From positions 744,001 through 808,000 of the forward strand of contig JBLDXI010000007.1 of NCBI GenBank assembly GCA_047495785.1: a stretch of DNA of 64,000 nucleotides. Reading direction: 5' to 3'. The position numbers and the translations under genes are program-made. The notes below the pieces were generated by a model that saw only the letters and a program-made list of their open reading frames with translations, was not told where the DNA came from and did not search any database. Source of the stretch: Lepidodermella squamata. Its lineage: Eukaryota; Animalia; Gastrotricha. Shown here piece by piece: positions 13,267-26,884 of this stretch. Each line of letters starts with the position of its first letter. Within the stretch, counting starts at the first letter, position 1.

Positions 13267-14899
13267 ATGGTTCTAGAAGCCGTTTTTTCTACGAAACCAG
13301 AACTTGTTGTCAAGTTCTCAAGCGAACCTACTCCGACGATTTCTATTTACTCCTCATTGAACCTAACAATGAATGAAACGAAGGACGATACGGAAGACAG
13401 ACTTTCTTACTACCAGTTATCGACCCCTGAAATTATATTCTTCAGCTTACTATACGCGTTGACAATCATAACCGCAGTCGTAGGCAATGTTCTCGTCATA
13501 TGGATAATTTTGCGAACAAAAAGATCGCGGCAATCGAACACAAATTACTTCATCATCAATCTGGCGCTTGTTGATTTGTTCATCATGATCTTCAACCTGC
13601 CGTGGACTTTCATTTACACGGTTAACGGCAATCAATGGCCGTGGGGCAATGTCTGGTGCAAACTTGTTTGGTCCATTGGAGCTGTGGCGCTTTCGTCTAA
13701 CGCTTTCACCTTCACTGCGATAATGGTCGACAGGTTCGCTTGCCTTTTTCTTCTACTTCACATAAATTAAAATTAAAATTTGAAGTGAGACATGGTTTGT
13801 GGTTTGAAGCTTCCTTTGATAGCAAAGGCTAGTGTTTTGATAGAAAATTTAGGTTAAATCTGCTATTATTATATTTTTATTATTAGTTTTTCCAACACTC
13901 TCTTTTTTTATTCAGGTATCAAGCAATTGCAAATCCGTTACAGTCCTTTGCCGTGGAGCAACGACGCAGGGTGATAACCGCTCTCATTGTGATATGGATC
14001 CTGTCTTTCCTAACCGGCCTTCCTGCTCTTATCGGCAACGAAGTTCGAAATTTCGATTTGCAAGTTCCACGAACAGTTTGCAGCGCTTCCTGGTCTAGCG
14101 AGACGGAATTTCTGTAATTTAAAAACAGTTTTTCATCACGATTTTTTTGACCTTTTTCAAATTTAGTCATGTTACTGTTCTCTTCTCTGTTCAATACGCG
14201 ATTCCATTAGCTCTAACCCTAATCGCTTATCGCTTCATTCGCCTGAAATTAGTCGATGCTAAGGCGATTGGCGAATCGTCGACCGCCGAAGCCGTCGCTA
14301 TTCGAACGAAACGCCGCGTCGTTTCGATGATGATGGTCGTTGTAGTCACGTTCACTCTCTGCGTCTTCCCTAACAACGTCTTCAGTCTGCTAATCTCCAT
14401 GCCTGTCGATGGTGTTCGCAAGTTCTTCCAGCGCGTCGAATACGGCCGAAATGTACTACGCGCGTTCCTTCTCGCGTATTGGCTCGCGATGAGCAATTCA
14501 ATGTGGAACCCGTTCATATATGCTTATTGGAATTCACACTTCAGACTTGGGTTCAAATACGCGTTTCGATGGCTGCCGTTTGTATCCTGGAATCATGAAA
14601 TTGACACGCCGAAATTTTTCGAACAACGTCGGAACGTGTCAATTGCGGCACAACGGACAGCTTCAGCGGCCCATCATCGAACCAGCATCAGCCAACGGCT
14701 CAGCAATCAGTCGATTATCAGCAAGCAATTATCGCAACAGCAGCATTTATTAGGTGATACCCTGGAAAGGAAAAGTCATAACAATGGCGAGCTGCTTACT
14801 GTTGAGAGCAATCACGAGCAAAAACGCCCGGTTAGTGAACAGCTTTCAGTCACCCTCGAAGCAGCTGGTGACGAAGAAAATGTAGATCAAGAACTTTGA
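13267..14899 (+). CDS. Class A neuropeptide GPCR, tachykinin/luqin(RYamide)-receptor-like
   Basis: Three exons (13267-13733, ~13916-14113, ~14167-14899) give 7 TM helices: GN in TM1, TNYFIINLALVD, WPWG..WCK, DRY split by intron 1, WLAMSNSMWNPFIY, FRLGFKYAFRWLPFV. Confidence 0.88.
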
Positions 14900-15197
14900 G
14901 GCGCTACTTTAAAAATGTATACAGGAAATCTGCTCAACGACCAGGTATAATAATGCTGTATGATGAAAGATGAATAATGCATGCAGTTGAAAACTGTTCC
15001 TCTCGTTTAGATGTGTCGTTTGTTTTTGAACCGCTAAAAAGCGGCAATTTAATAATTGTAAAACAATGAATGAAACAAGACAATAATAATTGAATTAAAA
15101 TAAAGATCTGCGGTCTCTTTTGTCTTGCTTCGCAGTTTTCTGAGGCTGCTTTACAGCTTCCAGCGACAATCAAATTAATTTTCCAGGGTCGGAAAAA

Positions 15198-15780
15198 ATG
15201 AAACATGCTTTTTCCAACCTATTAGGACCTGTCATACTGGTGATTACATATTTATCCGCAGGTAAATTTTTTGGGATGTCTCATCGATTTTTCCAGTAAT
15301 TAAAAAACCATTTATAGTCGAGGCCATTTATTGTCTTACGTGTTACGATGATGTCAATTGTCGGCAGCCTCAATTTTACCTTTACTCTACGACAGCCGTT
15401 AACTGCACAAAATCAACGGATTACTGCACCGTAAAAACATATTCTTACTGATTTATAAGGTGTTTCATTTTCTATTTTCGCAGGCTTATGTTGAGGAAAT
15501 CGGTGGGATAGTGACTAAAGCGATAAGGTCATGCTCTTCAAAATGTCCTCCTGCCATTCGTCTCATCGAACAAATCGGGCCCTCGAGTCCAATCTGGTCG
15601 GCAGGAAACACGACCCTTTATGCCTATTCGAAATACACTTACACGGTTTGCTGTGCAACTCCGTTCTGCAACAAAGCCCCGGCAATTTTACACCGAAAAA
15701 ATCGTCCATTGGCTTTAGCTTTACTTGGCCTACTTTTCTTCCTCGGCGGTATATTTTGGAATGATTTGACGGAAATATAA
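15198..15780 (+). CDS. Ly6/uPAR three-finger protein (quiver/sleepless/Lynx-like), predicted GPI-anchored
   Basis: Exons 15198-15261 (signal peptide MKHAFSNLLGPVILVITYLSA), ~15318-15430 (IYCLTC...C...C....YC) and 15484-15780 (RSC...C...CCATPFCN plus hydrophobic tail). CCxxxxCN is the LU-domain hallmark. Confidence 0.85.
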
Positions 15781-17646
15781 TGACTTTGAAATAAATTCCT
15801 TTGTGACAAAAGCATCGCGAGGGCCTGTTACGGCCGGCTTATTAATTTCCGGTGGGTTAAACTATGAGAGCTGAATTCAGCCAAGCACCGCGCGCTCGGG
15901 GGAGGTAAAAACAGGTAGATGAACATGAATAAACACGAGTATAGGTGTGGCGCCTAAATGGCGCCGCTATTGCTATAAATCATAGACCGAGGCACTATTT
16001 AGTCCACGGTTTACAGTGCAGAATTGCAAATATATTGAAGAAGAAGACTAGGTTTTTACGCGCAATTGCAATATCTAGAAAATTTATTGTTACAACTGAT
16101 TATGTTTATAATTTCTACAAAGCACGTGTATAATGCCGACGAATTCAGCCATCATAAAAATGCAGCCTGCTTTGAATTACCCTTGCAACAAGATAATAGC
16201 GATATTCTTACTAATAATAAACCTGGCCGAGTTCAATAGAGAAAAAAACGCGGCTCTCTCAGATCGCGCTTCTTTTTTACGCGCTTCCCAATTGCATACA
16301 ATAAAATACTTAACACGAAGCACCTTATATTATGAGCAGCTATAAAAAAGTGGCGATCACCCTGTCGATATGAAAGTATCAATATCGGTCTCCGTGCAAA
16401 TAATCCAAGGCGGTTGTGTTTTTTTTTATCCCGGTCTAGAAGAGAGAATCCGCGCAGCTCAATTTTTATTATCCCCCAGTCAGGAAAAAAATTTACTATT
16501 CTTCGTCTTCAATGCAATTTCTACGATTATCTCTTACAGGAATGGGTAATATAAAAATATGTTTTAATACAATTATTCCGATGATGTGATTTTTAGCGCG
16601 TGTAGTTTTGTTTATCGACTTGTGCGCGCGTATCTGATCGCGCATTGTTATGGCGTCTGGGTTCCAACTCAGCGTCGCGCCAAAACTACTGATAAAAATT
16701 GGTCGATGAAAGGCGAAAATCAGGTTTGCATCGCATAAAAAAGTCATTTAGCGTGCACATGACCGCCAATATAATAGCACGGCATTATCTGTACCATATT
16801 TATAATAATATAGGGGAAACTTGTTTTGTTTACTCTCATGCAAGAGTCCTAATCACGTTGCGCTAAGATGAACACCATAACTAGCCCACAAAACCATCGA
16901 AACGGAAATGAAGACTAATACGCATTCTCATGTATCCCACCTTAATAAAACGATAATTTTCTATCATTCTAGTTATACGCGGCGTCATCGATTCGGTGAT
17001 AAAATCATGCATTTCGAGTTATCGGCCATTGGCCATTTCAGTGCTGACGTGTGAAGTCGGCATGTCCGTCGTATCGGCCATCTCAATATTTCGCTTTTAC
17101 CTGTAAATAAAACACACTCGAAAGCGCGTGGATGATGTTGATGAGAGTAAATATAAATTTTTATTGCTCATTTCCATGTTGCGAGCTATTTTTTCGATTG
17201 CTTTTTGCTTTCGTATATAGGTATATAGTGCGCTTATTTTTCTCGCCGTTATTTTTCACCTGGACACGTGCCATAGATTTGCGGTTACGATGGTTGCGGC
17301 AGGATGTGTTTAAACTCGGAAAGTGCGCAAGAATTAATCGAAGTCGATAATTCACACTGCCGAGTTTATTTTGAGTAGCTCTAGCTCCTATAACTATGTT
17401 GCGGTCGCATGGAAACTGCAGCTAAAACTGCGCATTTTATTTTCGGCAGCGATTTTTCGGAAAATTTTGATTTCATAATTTTATTCTCAGTAATATCGCA
17501 GCACGCAAATTAGGCGAAAACATTCCGTTATTTTGGTGATATTGCTGGATGTGCAAAGTGCCAGCACTAAATAAGAGGCTCGAGCACTAGATTTCCCTTT
17601 CTTCCCCATCTTCCAAAGAAATTATTAAATTTTCTTCGAGTCTTAC

Positions 17647-17937
17647 TTTTAGCGGAAACAAATTTTGGAATTTTGAATGAGCCTAAAACCGCTTTTCAAA
17701 ACTTTCAAGGAAGCCATGATTGATCAGCATAATTTGAAATTAATCATCTTTAAATTCAGCGCAAAATTCTGCAAAAGATGCATTCTTCACTATAGAGTTC
17801 ATGCATTGCCATTATTTCGTATAAATATTCGAAAAGCGACCTTCGGCATATCCAAAACTAGGTTCCGCAACATGCAGATTTGGTTCCGCTACAGCCAAAT
17901 TAGGTTCCGCAACAGCTAATTTAGGTTCCGCTAAAAG
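17647..17937. repeat. Short tandem array (4 x ~21-22 bp, core GGTTCCGC) with an inverted copy upstream; probable transposon remnant
   Basis: ggttccgc(a/t)a units repeat between ~17858 and 17935. cttttagcggaa at ~17646 is the reverse complement of the last unit. tttcttccccat is directly repeated at ~17598 and ~17948. Confidence 0.55.
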
Positions 17938-20900
17938 ATATTCTGATTTTCTTCCCCATTTCCACGTATTTTACTCTACATAGCCAATATCGATTTACCA
18001 GTGATTTTTCCAACATCAGCCGTCTCGGAAGCATGCATCGGACATTGCCCGACTTAGATAATGGGGTAACAGTGAATATAGATCTTTTGGGTCAGATGGA
18101 CACTTGAAGGAAGAAAAGGTCCAAAGCGCGAAAAAATAATCGTAAAAATGTGATGCTAGAACGCTTATAAATGTAGTGCTGGAATTTCATTTTTTGATGT
18201 GAAAATATTTAGAGCGGATGCTGCTCACAGCGGAAAAAAATTGGAAGAAAGCCAATTTCTACTTTCTCATGGACTCGCCGGAAATAAGCTTTTTAAATCA
18301 CACGAAAACAAATCTTAAGAAGCTATATAATAACTTTATTTTCCAATACCCTCGTTATTTTTTTAGAATTTATTTCACGGATTACGAAGAAATAAAGATT
18401 TAATTAACAATCAAGTTGAAAAAAAATTCGACAACTGCCATGTACCTCGGTGTCAAGGTCTGCGCGACAAGGCCGCCACCCGCCTTGATTAAATGGCGCT
18501 AATAAATGGCCCAGAAGAAGCTCGAAGGAGCCGAGAGACGTCCGCGTTGACAACACCTATTTACGCAAAAATCTGGCAAAATGATGTTCGAGATGGACAC
18601 CCTGTTACGCTCGATCCTTGTCGTCACGCTTATCCGTAAGTTTAACGCCTTGCGTGTTTCCAATTCACTAAAATTCACATCACATCATTGCTTGATGAAA
18701 ATTAATTTCACCAGTTTTGCTGCTTAACGTTCGAAATGGTAAGGGTGTCTCGTTATATTTTGTGGTCGTGTTGAAAGCCAACTGTTGTGGTTTGATATGT
18801 TTAGTCGAAACTGGAGTTTTAACAGGCGGTAAATTATATCAAGACATTTTTCCAAATATTCTATCTATTTTATTCTATTATCACATCTTTTCCGTATACT
18901 TAACGATGATTTCGAGAGCAATCGATCGCACATAATTGATATGCTTTGATTGTGTTATTGTCCATTATTTGTCCGAAAATATATACACGTGCATTTGTTT
19001 TGACTTCCGTGTGTTTGTCTTGATTTTTTCTATTCTATCATAGCCATAATTACAACAGGTATAAATTCGAAGGGCGCAACTTCTGTTTAAATTAAACATA
19101 GGCTCGGACAACATCGCTAATACGTTTAGCATCGGCTTCACGAGATCTTAAAATACCTTACGGCGTTACGTAAATCTAATTTTTTTCCGCAACCTCAAAC
19201 GCGTGAATTAAAGGCCATTAAACATTATTGATCAATTCAGTGCTCTTCGTTGCAGATGATCATGTAAACAGTTTCTGAGGTTATGGCTACGGCATTAGCC
19301 GCAAGGTGATTAATAATTTTTACGCATATACTGCATTAAACAAAAACGGGCAGCCAGAGCTTTATCGACAATTTTTTATGGCCATTTAACGTGTTCACAG
19401 CACCTTTGGGAGGACTTTTTGAGTTTTATTGCTATCATCCGCCGGAAAACACGGGAAATAACCAGCCGCGTTTGACGTCAAATTACGTGAGATTCATTTT
19501 TTGCCCATAAACATAAAAACCTGTTGATACGTTCCCTATAGGACTTCTTGGCTAAATGCTCTCTTCCTCTTTTTCTTGCTATTCAATTTTTTAACTGCCC
19601 ATTCTTTGTTATTATTTTGTTACGCGCGAATTACTAAACTGCTGTAAAATCAGAAATATGTCCAGTTGATACCGGATGACTCTTTGGGGCGCGCGCCCAC
19701 ATTATTGAAAAGTTTTGGGCTCCGATAGTTATACTTACTTGAATATTTTATTGCGCTATATACGAGCGCATGCGCAAAAATCAACAATAAAAACGCGCCT
19801 CTCCAGTGGGCCGCGAGGCCTCTGCGGTGATCTACTATTTTATCGCAACTGAGCGATTTTTGTCCGCCTTTCGTTAGAAAACATTTCGCCCATCGACACG
19901 TCACAGTTCAACATATTATTCCGCAGTCTTCCATTATTCATATATATAAATACGAAAGCGTTTAGTCTATTGCGGATGTAAAAATTTACGACGTGCTTCG
20001 CTGTTGGCAAAATGGCGTGTATAGTTCATCAAATGATTTCTGCATAGATCTACTCTTGATTCGTCCGCGATTTACGTGCAAATTATCGAAGAGCCAGCGA
20101 ATAAGTTTTAAAACCGCGGCGCCGAGTGGTTAAAACTTTGAATAAAGCAATTTAAACGCGAACGCGGCCGAGTGCTCTCGACAAATGCGCCTTATTGTTG
20201 CGTTAATATACACGCCTATCAACGGCTGCCGCGGCTGCTGCTGTCCGATTTTCGGCGAGCTGTCCGATTTATTATTATTTATTACAGCACTATGATCTGT
20301 CATCATTCCTTCTAGTTTGACATTATTCTCGGCGAGTGATTACAATTCGGCCGCGATCACTTTTTGATAATGATGCTAGTCGCCCATTATTTTTCGTGTC
20401 ATAATTATTAGACATACTCGGGTATGCTATATGCATGTACATATATTAGCGTATAAATGGCAGTCATTTTCCATTCAGTTGTCGCGAGAAAAACAGCAGC
20501 GCGGCTTGCGCGACGGTGGCGCGGCAAAGTCGGCGGCGCTGCCTGAGTAAACATGGCGAATGATTTTGGTGGGAGCGCACGCGGGACATCAGTCGTGACG
20601 GCGAGCGCACATCTCATCGCGCGTCTTCGGGGAGCGCCAATATACGCACAAACACACGCGCGTGCGCGCGGCAGCCGGCGAGCAGAACGCGCGCAGAGTG
20701 AGATAAAATGATAAACGATGGGCGATTTTTGGCGCTCAGTAGTAATACACACGCGCTCGCATCGGGGGCCAGCATGCGACGACGAATGATGACGACGGCG
20801 AGATGCGGATACTACATTTATAGGTTTACATAATATGGCAATAATCGTCATCAGCATCATCATTCAGCGTGTATCCACCCTCTGTAGTCATATCAGTAGT

Positions 20901-22245
20901 AGCAATCGCCTAATAGGCGGCGTAAAGTGGTAAAGCTGCTGCATTATTCGGAGCCAAAAAAGTACCAAACAAACTTTCACGCAAACAGTCGGTCGCAGCA
21001 GCTGTACAGAGTTGCGCTCATCGTCATTATAGCGCGCAGCTATTTGGGGCTAATAACAGCGCGCACACCAGCCTCGTTTTTTTTACACGCGCGCACTTGG
21101 AAAAAAGATATTTATACACTATAGAATATCCGCAACAAAAACGCGCTAATTTCTTGCTAATGTGTATTCACTTAATGTAACCGATATTTATTGAGCGGGG
21201 AAAAATTATTACCGCGGCAAATAACCGCGTGTGCTTGCCGGCTTTTTCACGCGTTCGATGTCCGTCATATGTGTTTGCCAGCTGAGATGGTTCGCTTCGC
21301 ATTGGGCGAGCCGCCACACACTCTCATGGCCTCTCTTTCATGCATCCATCATGGGCCGCTTTTCCAATAAACATAACCAGGCCGGTTTTAATTTTGCCCC
21401 GGTTCCGGTTTATTATTTTTCCGAATTATGACCAGCGTCCACGCAATTTAACTGGCGCTCCGAGCCATCACTATCCAATAATAATAATAGCATTATTTTT
21501 TGTAATAACATACACGGCCCTATGCGGTTTCGATTGTGACATTTAGTAGTTCTCGGTAAATTAATCGCTTCAACAACAAGCCCAGCCCTATCAATGAGTA
21601 AAAAAATATATTAATATTAGAACTCGTCTCGCGGCTTTTTATTATTCGACGATTGTATATTTTTCAATGATAATTTCGGTGCCGCGCGTGCCACCTGTCG
21701 GTTTATTCAAGGCCTTGAGACAACACGCGGCCGGGTTAGTCCGTCTCCCCGTTGTAGTCGCCGATAGATTTCTAGTGATTATTACTAACCAGAGCTGCTT
21801 CTCATTTACCTATATATACAGCGCGCGCGCTTTTGCCTCTCAATGCTGAGCAAACAAAAACAAAGACCCCACTGCCCAAAGTAAAAATCAATCACAGCAG
21901 AATCATCGCCAGTGCCAGAAAATCAGCATGAAAAATCGACCCATCCGCTGGCTAGTTTTCATTATGATTCTTCGCATCAAGTGCCCAACGACTTTATCAC
22001 ATCGTGTAGTCCCAAAAAATATAACCAACTACTAACTTTTTACTACTTATCCAGGTCGCAAATGCGTTTAATCAAACTTAATGAAGATATTACTGTTACT
22101 ACCAACATTATTTCGCAAAATCGCTAGTGAAAATATGGTCGACGGCCATCGCGGTGGACAGTTGATATTATTAATTTAGCTGGCTCTTTGTTTGGTGGGG
22201 AAAAGCCGTCACCTTGGTGGTTTTCATCGGCACAATCGAAATTTT

Positions 22246-22540
22246 ATGCTCAAGCAGAAGAAAGGCGGCAAAGCGGCGCCGTCTATCGCACTGATTTACT
22301 CCTACTACCATCACTACCACTGGCGGCGATGCCGTTCATTCTCGAGTTCGAAAACTGCTGATAATAATAATACATGGAGAATTCACCCGTCAACGTCGAC
22401 AACATCATCAAGTTCGCCGTACCATCATGCACCGATAAAGTTGCAGCCGCTGTTTGTGTTAGCGCTACTGCTAAGTAGCCAGTGTCTTGCTCAGAGTCGA
22501 ACTCAACAGCAGCCACCGCCTATGAATCAACACCCGAGAG
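22246..22540 (+). CDS. Candidate alternative first coding exon of the nAChR gene
   Basis: The ORF ends in a signal-peptide-like stretch (LQPLFVLALLLSSQCLA) followed by a strong donor AG|GTAAG at 22540/41. The donor is phase 1, matching nAChR exon 2 at 27260. Confidence 0.6.
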
Positions 22541-25500
22541 GTAAGACAATATAAAAACCGGACTTACATGGCGTTTTTATTCCGAGGCGAACCTGAAAAA
22601 TATATCATCGCGATCATCATCATCATTCGGCAGGCGTGTGTTTAAGTGGAAACAGCAGTCGGTAGATGCCTTATCATATCAAATAAGTACGCGCGTTATA
22701 CATATCAACCCGTCAATAAATAATATTTATTCGAATTTTTTCCATTAAATAATCATATAACTATTTGTTTCTTTTTCTCTCTCTCTCTCTACGCATAACC
22801 CATCCGCAGCTTATCAAAAGCTGCAGCAATCGTGGCATTTAATTAAAACCACTGGCATAGATGGCCGGCTATAGTTCTATTGATATATGCTGGCTTGTTT
22901 TACAACATTTGCACCGCGCGAGGTTACCTAGAAGAGTTTTTCCGTGTTTTCCGAACTTTGGCGGGTGAGGGAATGAGGTGAAGCTAAATATTTAATTCAA
23001 TTATTATTTCTTCCCGGTCTGAAATGTATGCACTGATCATAAAACCAACTTGGATCTATTCGATAAATACATGCGATTCTACGAAAATTTGAATATTCTT
23101 GGGTGCGTGTGTTCTTGTTAAATTTTTTAGTTCTCAAGGCACATACCTTAGATTTAGATGTTATTTTTTCGCTTTAACCTAGAAAGAAGTCGCATTTTTA
23201 CGCTTGTTTGATGGCAGTTTTATTCTAACGTTGAAAATCGGTGTATTTTTTTATTTTGATTTGTTAATGTGATTTTCTCACGAACCTCTAATTTAACGCT
23301 GACTGGAGAAATTGAAGAGGCCCAATTTGAGTTCCTTTCTACGTTTACAGTGATTAAGGTATTAGGTTTTTCCAAGGCTGTGAATTATTCATTTTGATGA
23401 AGATCGATAAGACTAGATCTCTATCTTTTTTCATAAAATGAGATTATTGGGACATATTTCCATCTAACGTGGTATGAAATAACTTGGCCGGAAATCGGAA
23501 ATCAATTATTAAAGTTAGCTCATAATATCTAGCCTTGTATTCGAAGTAAAAAAATGGCCCGTTTAATTATCGGAGGATAGGTCGAACCCCGGTCGAAGAC
23601 CGGTGAAATCGACCCGTGCTATGGAGGTGGAAGCAACCGGAACAAACTAAGGTTACTTGGCCACACGGCTATTTTATTTACTCGCGAATTTATTAGTAAA
23701 TATCGGTCAAAAGTCGGGCGCCCAAGCTCTTGAATCCCGCAGCAGATCTCCTAATTCCAAGATTACCCCCACACTTACATCTTCTCCCGACGTATCAACA
23801 GAACGAAGTTATCAGTGCCGGAAAAAAAACGATATTTTCGGTTATGAATAGTTATGAATATCCATTCATCATTCATCATTCATCCTTCAACTTTCTTCCA
23901 CCGCTGTTATAATTCACACTGTGTTCCCATTGCAATATCCGTGTCTACAATAGCAATAAGGAACAAAGAGAAAAAAAGCGAGTCTATAGTTTGAAATGAG
24001 GAATCTGGGATACTGATGCGTGAGATTGGAATCGCTAAAGCTGCATGACCCACTTCGTCTTGACATCCGACAGATTAAAACGACGCTATAAACCTGCTCA
24101 AAATACGCGCTGCTTTTGAAATCCGAAATGGACAGAAAAATCTTAAAATCTGGACCATTTATTTGCATCTCGCCCAATATGGTAGCATAGTGTATTGACA
24201 TTTATGCGAAAATGGCGCATTCATATCGGCGACTATTTGCTATTTGCCCTTGTTTTTTCTGGTCTTCGTCTTCAAGTTTAAAGTTAGCGCAACTTTTTGC
24301 GCCTTTCCTATTTGTGCGCATCGATTTCTTGACCGCAAAGGCTCAACATATCACACCCCGTGTATCGAAAATTTGCCTATATAGTAACAGCAGCAGCAGC
24401 AACATCTTATACAAAAATACAAATCCGTATATTATGAGCGTGCGCGCGCGCATCTTTTCGCATCTGTATACGCGCGCAATGATGGGGTACCTTATTTCAA
24501 CTTCCGCAACTTGCATTCAGTTTTTGTATAATGAATGATACATACATATATATGTATTCCAGCATATATATACATATATATTTCAGCATGATTGTTCTCT
24601 TAAAAAGTCATACTAAAGAATTTCAACAAGTGTAGACAATAGAAGAAAAGCCAAATGCTGCCGCGCCTCATCGCCCAGTTCTTGTATTACACTTTATTCA
24701 GAATGGGGCGAGAAAACTTTTAATAACCCTAGACCAATAACACAACGCATAATGTCATTGGCCTAGGAAATGGCCGTGGTAGCACATATTTTTCGAAATC
24801 ATTTTTCGGCGCATATTAATAATAATTATTATTATTTCTGTATTATTTTTGCCATCTTATTATTCCTATTATTATTATTGCTATAATTTTGTGGCCGAAG
24901 TGCGTCGCTGATAATAGTGCCGAAATGAAAGTCACGTCCGCTGCCTATCTGACTGTTGATCGCGCGATGAGGACGAGGCCTGAAAATGTGATAGGCGACA
25001 CCCAAGCATACATCTCTGTATATTAGACACTTGCCGCTGCTCTCGTTATAATGCGCCATGTTGATACTAGGCTACATTTGCAGTAGGATAACACAAAATT
25101 TTAGAGGGATCATTTCTTTCTAGCCAACGTAATAAAACCGTCTTTTGATTTTTCGTGCCGGAAAAAGTGTGGCCTCATCATCGTTATTAAATAATATTAC
25201 CCGTTTTTTTGTCCCCCTGGACTGAAACGGCCGCTATTATAAGTTACTCCCACCCGTGTCGACTGTTGACATTTTTTCCAATTCCGAATTTCCGTTCGGG
25301 TTGGAAGAGGCGCAGAACAGCTGGTGCACTTGGCACCCGAATTTTTTTTATCCTTTCCGAATATGTCGTGTATTGATTCGCGGCGATTCGCACTCTCGTA
25401 TCATTACTCTCGAGTGTAGGTATTTTAGTCCGACGATATTTCTCTACTTTCTTTCTTTATTCTTACTTTTTTATGCGCAAATTTATTGCCGGCGTAATTT

Positions 25501-26884
25501 AGCTGGCTAAATTTGCGCGCATACGCGGCGTTCACGGTTGGCCGCATTCCGCATTCTGCCGGGCTTTCCTTTTCCTCTCGTGCCAGGCAGCGCAGTTCCT
25601 GTCCTGTGCCGTTGGCTGGCCGGGTTCGCGTGAGCTAGTGCGTGGGGCCCTTGGCATTGTAAAAACGCATGGCTATCGTATCCATAGCTTCGTAGTTCTT
25701 TTATCGTTGTATGCGAAATTTTTAAAATCAAATTATGTGAATAATAAAAATAATTTGCCTCGTTTTGAGATTTAGCATTGAGACTCACTTCTACATAACA
25801 TATTGCCGTGCGATAAGTTTTATACACGGCATTGAATAAAAATAGTAATAATAGTGCAGTAAAAATAGTATGGGCCTTAGCGCTATTAAAACCTTGGCCA
25901 AGAGGATGTAACGATAATCCCATTCACTTTATTTCTTCATACAAGACAATTTCGGCGGACATCTCGCTGCCGTAATGCAATTTGTGTCTCAAGTTGGTTC
26001 GTTTCTTCCCTATCCTTTCGTCGGTTGCCGATCGCTGCGTATTCAGCGGCGCTTGTTTGTGGTTGAACATTTTTCGTGGGCATCACTGAATTTATTAGAA
26101 CACAGTTTTATTCATTACACATCGGCACAACAAATTTTTCATCAATTTATTACGACTCATTGGCTCTTTCTTTTTCCGAGCCAACTGTTCGATTATTGAC
26201 GCCGGCTGCTATACTACTACGACAGCGCTGGCTCGCTTGTTTTCGGAATATTCACACAATTTGACAAAATTTACGGGCGCGCGTCTCGTATTTTGCTGTA
26301 CGCGCGATATAGCTGTTTGTTGTGCGATAGCAGCGCGATTGCCAGCTCGAATATGTGTGTTGATACAAATAAAACACGCGCTTTGCGCACGCTCTTCCTC
26401 TAAAATCGAGGTTCGGCGAGGCGCCGCTGAATCACGCGCTCAAGCTGTATCTTCACTTCACGTATATAGCGTAATATATAACAACATCGCTTTTTAGCCA
26501 TAGCATGTAAAAGTGCACTCGCGCGACGACTATCGAGCACGCCAACGTCTAGAGATACATTCGTAAATTTGCTCCCTTCTTGCTACTCGATATCACTCAC
26601 AACACACACCAATCGTAATAATTTTAATGATAGGTAGTAATAGTAGTTATCTTCAACTTGTGTCGCGCGTTGAAAAAGCTTCGATTTTTATTTCCTATTC
26701 CTAGATTTTCATAACATGTGCGCAAGACGTGTATTACATTTCGGTTATCAATGGGGTAGATCGTATTGAAAGCAAACCTGTTATGGTTGTGCCTTGCAAG
26801 TTGCTGATATTAGCACGTCAGAACATCAGCTGCAGCGACAACGGCCGCGAAACGCCGACTTGACTCGCCGCCGCGTTGAAAAGC

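Noticed and set aside
17858-17935. Regularly spaced GGTTCCGC repeats as a CRISPR array
   Set aside because: The units are ~21 bp, contiguous and lack unique spacers; the context is eukaryotic with no cas genes.
18990-19060. Third alternative first exon of the nAChR (CAG|GTATAA donor)
   Set aside because: In-frame TGA shortly upstream and no ATG or signal peptide.
15945-26497. Numerous 60-150 aa ORFs in the long intergenic tract
   Set aside because: Composition is dictated by AT runs and GCGC patches, many have non-ATG starts, and there are no consistent splice partners (except 22246-22540).
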